The notes beneath the pieces are model-generated. The model was not told where the DNA came from and searched no databases. It was given only the letters and a program-made list of their open reading frames with translations. Below are positions 8,472-18,346 of a stretch of 64,000 nt of DNA, piece after piece. This DNA comes from a virus, in the IMG/VR virus record IMGVR_UViG_3300020437_000004, positions 32,001-96,000 of that record. One strand, written 5' to 3'. Every line of letters begins with the position of its first letter. Position 1 is the stretch's first letter. Both the position numbers and the translations under genes were made by a program.

Positions 8472-11400
8472 TATCGTCTAAGAATACCAGGTGTCAATGG
8501 TTGAGTGACTTTCTTGTAGGTCTGACCACCGCCACCTCCACTATTTATTGCGATAGGCATGGATATAGGTAGACATACAGGAGTGTCAGTCTGCTCAAGT
8601 GCTTCCTCTGCCTTTGCTCCATCTATCATCATTTGACGGTCTGCTTCATTCCTATTTTCTAGTTGTTGATATTTGTCTATTGATGATTGGATTGGGACGT
8701 CTTCTTTCTTAGGTTTTCTCTTGAATCTACTGAATATATTTACAACCTTAGTAATAAGATCCTTAACACTTGATCCTGCTGTAGGCACACTTTCTCCTGT
8801 AGGGACAGCATCAGCAGCAGGTATCGCTGCAGGATTAGCTCCTTGCATCTTAGGCTGAGGTGTCTGACCTCTAAATTCTTGTGTCTGTGGCATATCACCA
8901 TCTGTATCACCCTCTACCTCTGCACCAAGTTGTGCTGCAGCAAACGATCTATGATCACTTGGCGATGCATCTAAGTGAATATGGACTGATCCACTAGGTT
9001 TATTTCCTTGCAATCCAATGACAGACTTAGGTCCTACCATTGATCCTACACTGGTTTTAATACTGTCAAAGTGGTGAAATTGCATCCTGTCCTTACCATG
9101 ATTAGCAATCACCACAGTGTTATGACTGTCACCACCTGCGTATACAACTTTACCAGTAACACCTGCAACAACTGGTGTGCCTCTATCTAATCCTGGTCTA
9201 TTCCAATCTCTTACTGCAACATAGTCTCTAGGCACGATAGGATGACCACCTAGTCTATTGTTGTTATATGAATGACTATCAGATTTATTATGGTGTAGAG
9301 CATAATCACTGAATGGAGTTTGAGGTGTCAGTTTAACATCAGCAACTGCTCCATTGGTTGATAACAAACCACCTTGTGAATATCCCTGTATCTCTTTCTT
9401 CCTTTGGATCTTCTGATCCATTCTCCTATACATCCCAATAGAAGGAGATTCACCCATACCAGTCCTAGAAGATCTCTTCTTCTTGGTGACCATCTTCTTG
9501 ACAAAGCTGCCAATTCCAATGGCAGCACCCATGAGAAGACCACCCACTGCCATTTCTTCTGTATCTTCATCAGTATCCATTGTATCTACAGCTCTCTGTA
9601 GAATACCAATAAGACTATTCTTACCTACACCTATCATCTTGATAGTTGTAGACAAATCACTCTGTGGTTTCTTTCTCTCCTCTGCCATCAAGTCAACCTG
9701 TGGCACAGGAATTGCTTTCACACCACCACTACCACCTGAGCTTGCAGATGCACCACCTCCAAAAATCTGAGATACTACTGACAGTTGAGGACCTAATATC
9801 TTCTTGACGTTAGGTGCAAATATACCAAAAAGTGCAATACCACCAGTAATAGCAGCAACTAGACCCTTACCTAAAACATCTACTGCTAGTGCTAATCCCA
9901 TCAAAGGTGATGGTGTGAGTCTATTCTTAGATGATATCTTAGGTTTAGTATCCTGCTGAGTAGGAGCTGGAGTGAAAGTTGCTCTATCTCTATTCTTATC
10001 AAATTTAGGAGTCTGACTTCTACCTCTAAATTCTCCACCCTGATCAAACTGCTCAAGATCTGGTTTCTTCTCTGATCCTTTTGCATTTGCTACCTGATCT
10101 AATTCTATATCTCTGCCAGGATCCTTACGTCTTATAACATCCCATGCAAATCCTATAGGATTTAAAGTAAATGCGACAATATTCTTAATTAAATTGAAGG
10201 TAAACGACAATACCTTAAAGACTGTCTTAATAGCACCACCTAATACAAAACCTACAAACTTTGTAATAGGTATAATTGCCTTCATTATAGTGCCGACAAT
10301 ATTACCCAATGCTTTAAAGAATGTGCCGAGTAACTCTTTCATTGGCTCAAGCACTGGCATGAGAGGAGCTAGGAATATGTCCTTCATCATTCCAAATGCT
10401 CGTGCAATAGGCTCAAAGATAGGTTGAATAATAGGTCCTATCTTACTACCAATGAATCCACCTAAGAAGTCACCAATAGCAGCACCAATCATAGGTCCGA
10501 AAGGTCCTAAGAATGGTAACAATGCACCACCTGCTGCTGCTCCCGCTACACCACCGATTGCTTTACCTACACCTTCACCTGCTGCTGTGCCTTTTGCCTC
10601 TCCTTCTCTATCTCCACCCATGATGCGACCGATACCACCAACTACGGATGTAGCACCTGCCAACATTGTGGCACCACCGCCAGGTATCCTTCCTTTCAAT
10701 CCTTTGAATGCATTACCCATACGTCTGGTAGCACCCATCTTCATGCCACCGATCTTAGACGTCGGTCTAACTCTATTCTCAAATGCTTTTAATCCGCCAG
10801 GCTGCTTACGAGCTGCCTTACGCATCGTATTATACTCTTCTTTAGTATAAAACTTATTAGTCTTTTTGTCGTAATATCCGTTTTTTACTCTTTCAGTTGC
10901 TTCTTTAGCACCCTGCTCAGTCTTTCTAGCACCTTCAAAGATATTGGTTAGTTTACCTACATCACTAAACAACTTCCATGGCATGAGTAAGTATTGTGCA
11001 CCTCTAAGTGCTGCAAGACCTACCAATAACTGCATTCCTCCCTTAAAGAATCGGAATACCCTATTGATCTTATTCTCTCCTAAATTATCTGTCCGACCAA
11101 ACATATTGGTCAGTCCATTTAAGACATTATTAACACCAAAACTCGTTATCTTATATACAAACTTAACTAGAGATGCTACTACTTTAAATACTTGTTTAAT
11201 TGCTTCTCCATTCTTCGACATCCAGTCGAGACCACCAAACAAGAGAAATGCACTAAAAATTGAGCTGAAGAATCCACCGATCCTATCCAACATCTTCTGG
11301 AAAGGAGTCAATTCCTTCTTTCTATTCTCTTTCTCCTTCGCTATCTCCTTGCCTTTCTCTAGATTCTTAGACATGTCCGCAGACTTGTCTCTCTTTCCTC

Positions 11401-11677
11401 GTAACTTCTCTCTTTTCTTCTGGACTTTTAGGCGTGAAGCGATAAGTTTCTTCTCTTTATCCTTACCTACATCATATTTTCTATCTGTCTTGACTTTGCT
11501 TACAATGTAATCCTTTTGGAATTCAGTAATGATTGCCATCTGCTCGATGGACTTACCGATGCCCTCAGTGGTCTGTCCGAGTCTGTTCACACTCTTCCGA
11601 AGTCCATTCATGTTGGTGCCGACCGTAGTCGTGGACTTGAAAGGTTTAACAGTAACGAATGACCGTATTGCTGACAT
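8471..11677 (-). CDS. tape-measure-like tail protein A with M23 peptidase domain (1068 aa)
   Basis: Same architecture as its neighbour plus an M23-like segment GTPVVAGVTGKVVYAG...QFHHF...VGSMVGPKSVIGLQGN...VHIHL (HxH Zn motif). Confidence 0.65.
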   Translation of the reverse strand: MSAIRSFVTVKPFKSTTTVGTNMNGLRKSVNRLGQTTEGIGKSIEQMAIITEFQKDYIVSKVKTDRKYDVGKDKEKKLIASRLKVQKKREKLRGKRDKSADMSKNLEKGKEIAKEKENRKKELTPFQKMLDRIGGFFSSIFSAFLLFGGLDWMSKNGEAIKQVFKVVASLVKFVYKITSFGVNNVLNGLTNMFGRTDNLGENKINRVFRFFKGGMQLLVGLAALRGAQYLLMPWKLFSDVGKLTNIFEGARKTEQGAKEATERVKNGYYDKKTNKFYTKEEYNTMRKAARKQPGGLKAFENRVRPTSKIGGMKMGATRRMGNAFKGLKGRIPGGGATMLAGATSVVGGIGRIMGGDREGEAKGTAAGEGVGKAIGGVAGAAAGGALLPFLGPFGPMIGAAIGDFLGGFIGSKIGPIIQPIFEPIARAFGMMKDIFLAPLMPVLEPMKELLGTFFKALGNIVGTIMKAIIPITKFVGFVLGGAIKTVFKVLSFTFNLIKNIVAFTLNPIGFAWDVIRRKDPGRDIELDQVANAKGSEKKPDLEQFDQGGEFRGRSQTPKFDKNRDRATFTPAPTQQDTKPKISSKNRLTPSPLMGLALAVDVLGKGLVAAITGGIALFGIFAPNVKKILGPQLSVVSQIFGGGASASSGGSGGVKAIPVPQVDLMAEERKKPQSDLSTTIKMIGVGKNSLIGILQRAVDTMDTDEDTEEMAVGGLLMGAAIGIGSFVKKMVTKKKRSSRTGMGESPSIGMYRRMDQKIQRKKEIQGYSQGGLLSTNGAVADVKLTPQTPFSDYALHHNKSDSHSYNNNRLGGHPIVPRDYVAVRDWNRPGLDRGTPVVAGVTGKVVYAGGDSHNTVVIANHGKDRMQFHHFDSIKTSVGSMVGPKSVIGLQGNKPSGSVHIHLDASPSDHRSFAAAQLGAEVEGDTDGDMPQTQEFRGQTPQPKMQGANPAAIPAADAVPTGESVPTAGSSVKDLITKVVNIFSRFKRKPKKEDVPIQSSIDKYQQLENRNEADRQMMIDGAKAEEALEQTDTPVCLPISMPIAINSGGGGGQTYKKVTQPLTPGILRR

Positions 11678-11868
11678 TAGAGATTAACTCGATTCCTGTT
11701 ATTTTCTGCTGCACGGCGTCTTTCTTCTTCTTGAAGATAGGCTAGTAACAAATTAACATAGACATCTCTCTCCCATGGGATCATATTCTCTAACTCAGTC
11801 AAAGAATACTTGTGATGCTGCATCAAAGCAAAATTAGTCTTGTATAGGTTTTCAAGACTATCATGCAA
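11677..11868 (-). CDS. gp51: baseplate hub assembly catalyst
   Basis: YKTNFALMQHHKYSLTELENMIPWERDVYV motif. Confidence 0.85.
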   Translation of the reverse strand: MHDSLENLYKTNFALMQHHKYSLTELENMIPWERDVYVNLLLAYLQEEERRRAAENNRNRVNL

Positions 11869-11873
11869 CAGAC

Positions 11874-12584
11874 TTATGCGAAAAAAGCTGCTAAGCCCTC
11901 AAATACAATGTCATTATCTTTTTTGGTCTTAGGATTCCTCACACTCATGGTATAACTGAGTTTTGGAATAGTTTCAAAGAATTCTTGGATCTTCGCAAAT
12001 TGGTCTGAATTCAGACTCTCTAGGAAGTCAACTGCTTCTTTTTTAGTGAAACTATCATAAACTTCATCACCATCGAATGCTTGACCAATACAACTTGCTG
12101 CAAGTTGGAAAACGTCATCAATGGTTTGCTCACCATCTGTCATATTCTGTTGGACGAAAATGTCGAGTGAAGGATACTTCATTACGACTCCAACATCATC
12201 AGTAAACATGATTTTAGGATTATGATTATCAGGTACTTGTAACTCAACCTTGTCTAAAGGCACTGATACATCCACCTGTGTTTCACCATCATCAGGCATT
12301 GTTACCTTGAATTCACTAACCTCTCCGACCGCTTTTGATCTGATTTTGAGGAAAACATACTCAATTTCAAAAGTCGCGAGTTTTTCAACTTCCTTGTCCA
12401 AGAGAGACGTGCAGTTCTTAATGATAGTTTTAACTGCCTTAACCATCTCCTTTTCATCCTTCGATTCCATGGCGAGATAGAGGAGTTTCTCTTCTTTAAC
12501 AAGGAAAGGACGGTAAGTAAGTTTCTTACCCGTGATCGGGATTTTAAGGTCATGCTCAGGTAGTGCAATTTTGGGTAATGGCAT
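11874..12584 (-). CDS. gp26: baseplate hub subunit
   Basis: MPLPKI...YRPFLVKEEKLL...FEIEYVFLKIRSKAVGE...FFETIPKL...GLAAFF. Confidence 0.9.
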   Translation of the reverse strand: MPLPKIALPEHDLKIPITGKKLTYRPFLVKEEKLLYLAMESKDEKEMVKAVKTIIKNCTSLLDKEVEKLATFEIEYVFLKIRSKAVGEVSEFKVTMPDDGETQVDVSVPLDKVELQVPDNHNPKIMFTDDVGVVMKYPSLDIFVQQNMTDGEQTIDDVFQLAASCIGQAFDGDEVYDSFTKKEAVDFLESLNSDQFAKIQEFFETIPKLSYTMSVRNPKTKKDNDIVFEGLAAFFA

Positions 12585-12611
12585 AATATACTCAAATACT
12601 ATATGTTTTAT

Positions 12612-13445
12612 TTAGACCCCAATACCGACGAAGTTTTCGAGACTGGAATCTATGCTAAGTGAATCAAGCACAGAAGAGTTGTCCATTGGAATTTGGACAT
12701 CCTTAAGTGCACCTTTAAACATCTTAGCATTGTTTGGTGTGTCCATACGGTATCTCTCGTAATAGAAAGAGATATCCAATTTAATTAGATCCGTAGGTCC
12801 ATTATTTAGTGTGATTGCAGACATGTCAAATGGAAATGCTCCATACATTGTCCAACAGGCAGATACACCGTTGAAACGCTGCATATAGGTTGCTTTTTGA
12901 CCATTATCTTTAGTCCTAGTCTGCTTTCCAACGTAGTTGGATGCTAATTCCCATTTAATTAGACGAAGTTTACTTGTATATTGATCATACATACCCACTC
13001 TATTCTCTGAGTCGGATGCTGTGTAATTCATCCATCTCTCAAAATACTCTCTATGATACATGTCTTTAGGTAGCAAGAATGATACTTGCATTTCACTAAA
13101 ACTAGTATCAGTGGCAAATCTTCTCATTGCACCAACGTCTCTTACTGTGCCAACAGTAATACGTCTGCCAGGTATACTCACAGTGTCAGCATAGTAATTC
13201 ATCATATCAGCATGCTCACGGTATTTCCTCATCTGCGTCTGGTCTTCGATACCGACGAATCCAAGTACGTTATCAAGGAATTGGTTACCAGTCAAAGACT
13301 GCTCAGCAAAGTCACCGCCAACACTTGTCATAACAGGTGGCGGGTCAATTACCACTTGGAAGAGATTAGATCTTGCAGGCTCTTTATTACCTGTCCCGAT
13401 TAACTCTCTAAAAGTGTTTATTGAATTGGGTTGTTTGTAGCTCAT
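12612..13445 (-). CDS. gp54: baseplate tail-tube initiator (gp54/gp19-like fold)
   Basis: ARSNLFQV, YADTVSIPGR, YHREYFERWMN and C-terminal GAFPFDMSAITLNN..LIKLDISFYYE motifs; synteny with gp2/gp4. Confidence 0.6.
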   Translation of the reverse strand: MSYKQPNSINTFRELIGTGNKEPARSNLFQVVIDPPPVMTSVGGDFAEQSLTGNQFLDNVLGFVGIEDQTQMRKYREHADMMNYYADTVSIPGRRITVGTVRDVGAMRRFATDTSFSEMQVSFLLPKDMYHREYFERWMNYTASDSENRVGMYDQYTSKLRLIKWELASNYVGKQTRTKDNGQKATYMQRFNGVSACWTMYGAFPFDMSAITLNNGPTDLIKLDISFYYERYRMDTPNNAKMFKGALKDVQIPMDNSSVLDSLSIDSSLENFVGIGV

Positions 13446-13912
13446 ACTCTGCTCCAGATTACGCTACTAGGCACTGGCACTTTGACTCCCATTCTTGTAA
13501 ATAGAAACTGCTCTAATGGCAGTGGGACATAATCTGTAAATGCCGAAGGTGGCACTATGTATATATTTGATGCACTAGACATAAAGTATTTATGATAGCA
13601 ACGCGAAGGATATGTATTTGCACCTCCTGCCCATGATTTTCCTACTATTTGCCTTGCAGATGGGCGTAAATAGTGGATATTACCACCACTAAACTGTCCT
13701 AAAAAGTTGTCTACATCAGTCACAAGAGTTAGTGGGTGCATGTCATACCAGTCTAATCGTTGTGATTGTGCTACATAGTCATAGAATAGAATATCACCTT
13801 CTCTGATAGGACGCCCTAAAGACTCTAGACCATATCTAACCTGTGAGCGATACCAATCCTTAGATTGACTACGCCCTCCTGCTAGCTCTTTTACGTCTTT
13901 GAATAAACTCAT
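13442..13912 (-). CDS. gp2: DNA end protector protein
   Basis: SKDWYR, WYDMHPL, GGNIHYL motifs; adjacent to gp4. Confidence 0.7.
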   Translation of the reverse strand: MSLFKDVKELAGGRSQSKDWYRSQVRYGLESLGRPIREGDILFYDYVAQSQRLDWYDMHPLTLVTDVDNFLGQFSGGNIHYLRPSARQIVGKSWAGGANTYPSRCYHKYFMSSASNIYIVPPSAFTDYVPLPLEQFLFTRMGVKVPVPSSVIWSRV

Positions 13913-14343
13913 ACCTTAAGGTGTTTTTCGGTGAGTATCATAAATTCCATGTTTCTGTCAAGACAGTATTCAGTCGCTGCTTTCCATTTTGCCTGATTAA
14001 TACCGTAGGTCTTGACCTCATTAATAAACTTTTTTGTTTGTCTCTTAGGTCGTTTTGGCACCATACATTGCTTCTCTGGTTTAACCTCAACGATGTATTT
14101 CTTGATTTTATTGTCTTTTGTGCGTGCCTTTACATAGAAATCAGGGAAATATCGGTGCACACGGCGATCCACAGGTGACACATAGGGGATAATAATCTCT
14201 TCACTACCCCATTGGAGCACATTTTCATTCTTATCACACCAGACCATAAACTTTCTTTCCCACAAACTCCTATAAATAATATTTGTAGGATCACCTTTAT
14301 ATTTTTTCGGTTGTGATGGTCTGTATCTTCCCGAATATGCCAT
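13909..14343 (-). CDS. gp4: head completion nuclease
   Basis: MAYSGRYRP..PKKYKGDPTNIIYRSLWE...HRYFPDF...IVEVKP...NQAKW. Confidence 0.95.
   Translation of the reverse strand: MAYSGRYRPSQPKKYKGDPTNIIYRSLWERKFMVWCDKNENVLQWGSEEIIIPYVSPVDRRVHRYFPDFYVKARTKDNKIKKYIVEVKPEKQCMVPKRPKRQTKKFINEVKTYGINQAKWKAATEYCLDRNMEFMILTEKHLKV
14271..14278 (+). promoter_or_regulatory. late promoter TATAAATA for gp48-gp53, inside gp4
   Basis: Exact consensus about 64 nt upstream of the gp48 ATG. Confidence 0.65.
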
Positions 14344-15361
14344 GGCAAATAATAGACTATTAGTATTCCCTAGATCAAAACCGTATGGCGGAAGTCGCTC
14401 TGAGACCAGAGGCGACGTAACTTCTGCTGACGCTTATCCTACACAGGTGATTGATTACCTAAAACTTGACATTTATGATAGTCAAGAGAGTAATCCTTAC
14501 AATGAAATAGGTGGTGACTCAAATAATGTCATCGCTAACTCTATATATTTATACCTCCCTTCCAAACTTTCTGAGCAATTCAGTGCTAACTACACCAACC
14601 ATAAACTAGGTCAGGTTGGTAGTAACCTAGTGCAGATGGGTCAAGGTGGTATGGCAGGTGACGGTTTTACAGATAGTATTCAAGAAGCTGCAGATGCTGC
14701 AAAAGCACAACTTGGTTTTAAGATGGCAGGAGATGCTATCAATGCCGTTGTTGCTAAAACTGGTGGATCCAGTAGTTTGTCTGCTAACTCTCTTTCAGCA
14801 TTAACCCAAAAACGTGTCTTCAACCCCTACGAGGAGACTACATTTGAGGGTATGAATTATAGAAGACACAATTTTAACTTCAAACTAGTGCCTAAAAGTG
14901 CGAAAGACGTAGAAATGATCGGTGAGATCATTAAAACTCTTCGTATTGCTATGCTACCTGGCAGTAGTAAACAGAAATGGTTGACTATCCCTGATTTCTT
15001 CAAAATCAGTATAATTAGATATAGTGACGACGGTCAAACAGAAAAAATACAAACACCTGATAAAGAAGGTGGTGTGTTGCAGGATCTATACAGATTCCCA
15101 ACAAAACTAGTGCTAACAGATATGGGAATTGACTATTCACCTGATGGCAACTATGCCAGTCTCAAGTCATTCTTCGGTGAATCGAAAAACTTCTCTGAGT
15201 ATGATTATGGTCCTGTTAGTTATAACTTATCACTTACATTTAGCGAAACTGCTCTTCCAATCAAGAATTTCTACGATAAGAATTTCCAATACGACTCTGA
15301 AGGTGAATGGAATTGGGAAGATTGGGCAGGTGAAGGAGATTCAACTGAAACAAGCTCATGA
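14342..15361 (+). CDS. gp48: baseplate tail-tube cap
   Basis: IYLYLPSKLSEQFSANY, VFNPYEETTFEGMNYRRHNFNFKLVPKS, LTFSET motifs. Confidence 0.85.
   Translation: MANNRLLVFPRSKPYGGSRSETRGDVTSADAYPTQVIDYLKLDIYDSQESNPYNEIGGDSNNVIANSIYLYLPSKLSEQFSANYTNHKLGQVGSNLVQMGQGGMAGDGFTDSIQEAADAAKAQLGFKMAGDAINAVVAKTGGSSSLSANSLSALTQKRVFNPYEETTFEGMNYRRHNFNFKLVPKSAKDVEMIGEIIKTLRIAMLPGSSKQKWLTIPDFFKISIIRYSDDGQTEKIQTPDKEGGVLQDLYRFPTKLVLTDMGIDYSPDGNYASLKSFFGESKNFSEYDYGPVSYNLSLTFSETALPIKNFYDKNFQYDSEGEWNWEDWAGEGDSTETSS
14546..14553 (-). promoter_or_regulatory. late promoter TATAAATA, possibly for gp4-gp2-gp54, inside gp48
   Basis: Exact consensus on the minus strand 203 nt upstream of the gp4 ATG. Confidence 0.45.
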
Positions 15362-16407
15362 GTCAATACTTTTCCTACTTACCTAACATCAAGGTCAGAA
15401 AGACTGGTTATCGTCAAGATAGCACGTCTCCCTATGTTAATGCGAAGAATATCTTCCGTAGAGTCAAAATTCGTGATGAGTTGGATGACATCATTTTAGG
15501 ATTTGAGAAATATTACATCAAAAACAGCGAAAGACCAGATCAACTCGCTCAGAAGTTTTACAATGATACTAAGTATGATTGGGTTATTCTACTTTGCAAC
15601 GAAATAACCAATCTATACAATGATTGGCCAATGAATGAATATGAGTTGACTGAGTATATTGTAAGGAAATACAATTTCACAAATCCCACTGATATTGGTA
15701 AAACTAGGCATTGGGTCACTAAAGAGGTCAAAAGAGACGGTAGAGTGTATCTGCAAGAGGACATGGAAGTGCCTCAAAACTTTGAATTTACCCTACCTGG
15801 CGGTGAAGTGATTCCACAGGCAGATCTTGTAAGACCCATTTCTTACTATCAACACGAAATGAGGCAAAATGAGCGAAAACGTCTTATTTACATTTTACGT
15901 CGAGAATACCTAGATGACTTTGTAGAGGAATTCTTCAGTTTGGTGTCTTATTTGCCAAACGACGAATTAGAGGTAGATATCTTTGGAAAGGAAACAAAGA
16001 CTACTTTCCGCACAGTCCAAGAAATCTTCAAACCGACGAAAAAGGAATATACGACCGAAATCGGAAAAACACCAAGTATCACATTCTTGGCACAACAGCA
16101 ACTTACGTCCAGAGTGTATACACCTGGCACAGGGTCTACAGTCAATGGCACGAATGTTGCATCAACATTGTCACCTTTCGATTCAGCAGGAGCGTTTACT
16201 GGGGATGGATCTACAACGACTGATCAAAATACTTACAGTAGTGGTAGTAGCAGTAGTAGTAGCTCGAGCAGTAGCTCTTCTTCTTCTAACTCAAGCTCTT
16301 CATCTTCTTCTTCTTCCTCCTCATCATCTTCTTCCTCCTCAGGATCCTCTGGGTCGTCAGGATCATCAGGATCAAGTGGCGGTGGATACTATGGAGGAGG
16401 TTACTAG
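15358..16407 (+). CDS. gp53: baseplate wedge subunit with Ser-rich tail
   Basis: MSQYFSYLPN...NIFRR...ERPDQLA..FY....DWVILLCN.I.NLYNDWP. Confidence 0.9.
   Translation: MSQYFSYLPNIKVRKTGYRQDSTSPYVNAKNIFRRVKIRDELDDIILGFEKYYIKNSERPDQLAQKFYNDTKYDWVILLCNEITNLYNDWPMNEYELTEYIVRKYNFTNPTDIGKTRHWVTKEVKRDGRVYLQEDMEVPQNFEFTLPGGEVIPQADLVRPISYYQHEMRQNERKRLIYILRREYLDDFVEEFFSLVSYLPNDELEVDIFGKETKTTFRTVQEIFKPTKKEYTTEIGKTPSITFLAQQQLTSRVYTPGTGSTVNGTNVASTLSPFDSAGAFTGDGSTTTDQNTYSSGSSSSSSSSSSSSSSNSSSSSSSSSSSSSSSSSGSSGSSGSSGSSGGGYYGGGY
16237..16404 (+). repeat. poly-Ser/Gly low-complexity coding tract
   Basis: AGT/AGC run followed by a TCN run, then SGSSG repeats and GGGYYGGGY. Confidence 0.9.
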
Positions 16408-16442
16408 GTATTAATACTTAACGCGACCCCCCAGACCAAAAA

Positions 16443-16468
16443 ATACCCCGAATTTTTTTTCGGGGTAT
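16443..16468. terminator. bidirectional hairpin between convergent genes
   Basis: ATACCCCGAA-T6-TTCGGGGTAT perfect 10-bp stem, A-run upstream. Confidence 0.75.
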
Positions 16469-16494
16469 CTGTAACTGGAAAGTCGATTTTGGTT

Positions 16495-16740
16495 TCAGTT
16501 AATATAACCGTGCTGTTTTAAATATTGCAACGCATCCTTCAATCCACCCAAAGGTTTACTACCTAGGGCAATCTGAGGGTAGTGAGCATCACCTCCGAAT
16601 TCCATTTGGAATTGTTGCTTTGTAAAGTCTTCATCAAGGAAATATTCTCGAAAGTTACATCCTAGTGCCTTTAAAAGTTGTGCTGCCCTCTCACACTCCT
16701 GACTTTTGTTAGAGTAGATGGTTGCAATATTCATTGTCAT
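16495..16740 (-). CDS. glutaredoxin-like protein (single Cys)
   Basis: Grx fold pattern TIYS..SQECERA...EFGGDAHYPQI..G..PLGG; the CxxC is reduced to SQEC. Confidence 0.65.
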   Translation of the reverse strand: MTMNIATIYSNKSQECERAAQLLKALGCNFREYFLDEDFTKQQFQMEFGGDAHYPQIALGSKPLGGLKDALQYLKQHGYIN

Positions 16741-16961
16741 GGTTTGTGTGCTGCAAACTTGTCATGATTACCGTCGCCTGGCATCTTACCAAAGGCAACG
16801 TATTCGATTGCTTGCTTCGATCCCTCTAGTCTTTTGAGATCGCTTTCGTTTTTCACATACTCTTCGTATGCTTCTTTCAACTCTTCGTTTCTTGCGGAGA
16901 GTTGCATTGTCCTCTTCGTAAAACGTTGGAGGAGTTGCTCATAAGATTCAACTGATTTCAT
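16737..16961 (-). CDS. coiled-coil hypothetical
   Basis: 74-aa ORF with ATGA overlaps on both sides. Confidence 0.65.
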   Translation of the reverse strand: MKSVESYEQLLQRFTKRTMQLSARNEELKEAYEEYVKNESDLKRLEGSKQAIEYVAFGKMPGDGNHDKFAAHKP

Positions 16962-17431
16962 TCACCTAATCTGTGGATAACAGGTTTTTCGTTTTTCAAT
17001 ATATTATATAGTTTCATACACTCTGCACATGATACAGGATAAAACTCTGCAGAGGGATCAAACCCATCGTATCTCTTTGCTTGATTGATAACTATAGATC
17101 CATTCTCTCCTGACACTGACCTGTGAAATGTGCCACGAGGTATGATCAATGCACCACTATGCACATCAAGGTGCACTATATGGTATGGGAATTTCCATTC
17201 CTCATTGACCAACTCAAACATCCTTGTCCCTGAGACTACTCTATTGTAGTCATCTTGGAAAGAATGAATATAGAATTGCTTACCTCCCACACAATCAGGT
17301 GGGGGTGACTGAGCAGGTCCTTCATGGACTACTAAGTCAGCAGCATTGGATTCATCTACTGATATGTCATAAAAAATAACACCGTCTGTTTCTCTAAACA
17401 CACGGTGTTTTTTAAAATGTATGTCACTCAT
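16958..17431 (-). CDS. cupin-fold protein, host-like (picocyanobacterial)
   Basis: FYIHSFQDDYNRVVSG and LIIPRGTFHRS cupin metal motifs. Confidence 0.6.
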   Translation of the reverse strand: MSDIHFKKHRVFRETDGVIFYDISVDESNAADLVVHEGPAQSPPPDCVGGKQFYIHSFQDDYNRVVSGTRMFELVNEEWKFPYHIVHLDVHSGALIIPRGTFHRSVSGENGSIVINQAKRYDGFDPSAEFYPVSCAECMKLYNILKNEKPVIHRLGE

Positions 17432-17888
17432 GTGACCGCCACTCCTTCCTCATCTTTTTATATGTATCGTTGTTAGCAACGATGTCTCTAACTTTCTTAA
17501 AGATCTTTGCAGACTTTGCATACTTACTGGTAGCATGGTCTTCTTCTTGTGGTCTCACGTTACCATCATCGTCATACTTTTTACCAGAGTTATGGTTTGC
17601 GTAACGACGTGCTCTTGTGAAACCCATCTCCAAAAACTTACGACACATGTCCATGCCTATAAAATCTTCTTCGTCTCTGTAATCTAGATACATTGCGAAG
17701 ATTTTATTCGCAGACTCTACTGCAATCTCTGGAGTCTTAAATCTCCAATGAGCACATATGTCGTTAGTATAAGGGCGTACCAGTAAAACTCCTTGCTCCC
17801 CCCTTCCAATGCGATAAAGCATCCGAGTTTCTGTATCTGTAAAGTCAAGAGTCTTGTAATCGAGGTCATAATCAAACTCTTTCATCAA
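17424..17888 (-). CDS. DUF4385-like protein
   Basis: YRIGRGEQGVLLVRPY...WRFKTP...DFIGMDMCRKFLEMGFTRARRYANH. Confidence 0.75.
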   Translation of the reverse strand: MMKEFDYDLDYKTLDFTDTETRMLYRIGRGEQGVLLVRPYTNDICAHWRFKTPEIAVESANKIFAMYLDYRDEEDFIGMDMCRKFLEMGFTRARRYANHNSGKKYDDDGNVRPQEEDHATSKYAKSAKIFKKVRDIVANNDTYKKMRKEWRSHE

Positions 17889-18346
17889 CCCCCATCAACT
17901 TCACAACCTGCGATGGCACCACTAACGATACCAAGAGGGATAGACCAGATATAAGCATCTGATTCAGAGATAGCACCTGCTACACCGCCACCAAGGATAC
18001 CGCCTAAAACGGCACCCTCTGAGCAGTCGTTTGTGTCTTCCTCTCGTGGGACAGGGACAGCACGAGGACCGTTGTCCCTATATGGTGGTCTCCAATATCT
18101 GTCTCCATAACAGGGGACAGCGACAGTCTTGCGTTTGTAGTCAACGTAGCCAGGACTATCTGAGGTGCCAGGAATATATACTTCCTTATATCGTTGCTCA
18201 TAGCATGTGCGAGAGCGAGATCCAGACCACCCACGATACTCACGCTCACCAGTAGTAGGATTGATTGATCCGTTGTGGTGTGCGAAAGCAGTAGTCGGAG
18301 TGGTGATGACACCCAGAAGTGTCATGGCAGTTAACATTGACTTCAT
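17885..18346 (-). CDS. signal-peptide protein with C-terminal glycine zipper
   Basis: N-terminal signal peptide (..TTAFA); GAVLGGILGGGVAGAI zipper. Confidence 0.7.
   Translation of the reverse strand: MKSMLTAMTLLGVITTPTTAFAHHNGSINPTTGEREYRGWSGSRSRTCYEQRYKEVYIPGTSDSPGYVDYKRKTVAVPCYGDRYWRPPYRDNGPRAVPVPREEDTNDCSEGAVLGGILGGGVAGAISESDAYIWSIPLGIVSGAIAGCEVDGG

Noticed and set aside
7066-11510. Several long plus-strand ORFs (7066-7536, 7558-8181, 10452-10850, 10944-11510)
   Set aside because: Mirror frames of the Gly/Ala-rich tape-measure-like genes; Pro/Ala-rich composition is expected from antisense reading.
15983-16414. Alternative-frame 143-aa ORF over the gp53 tail
   Set aside because: By-product of the stop-poor Ser repeat; no independent start signals.
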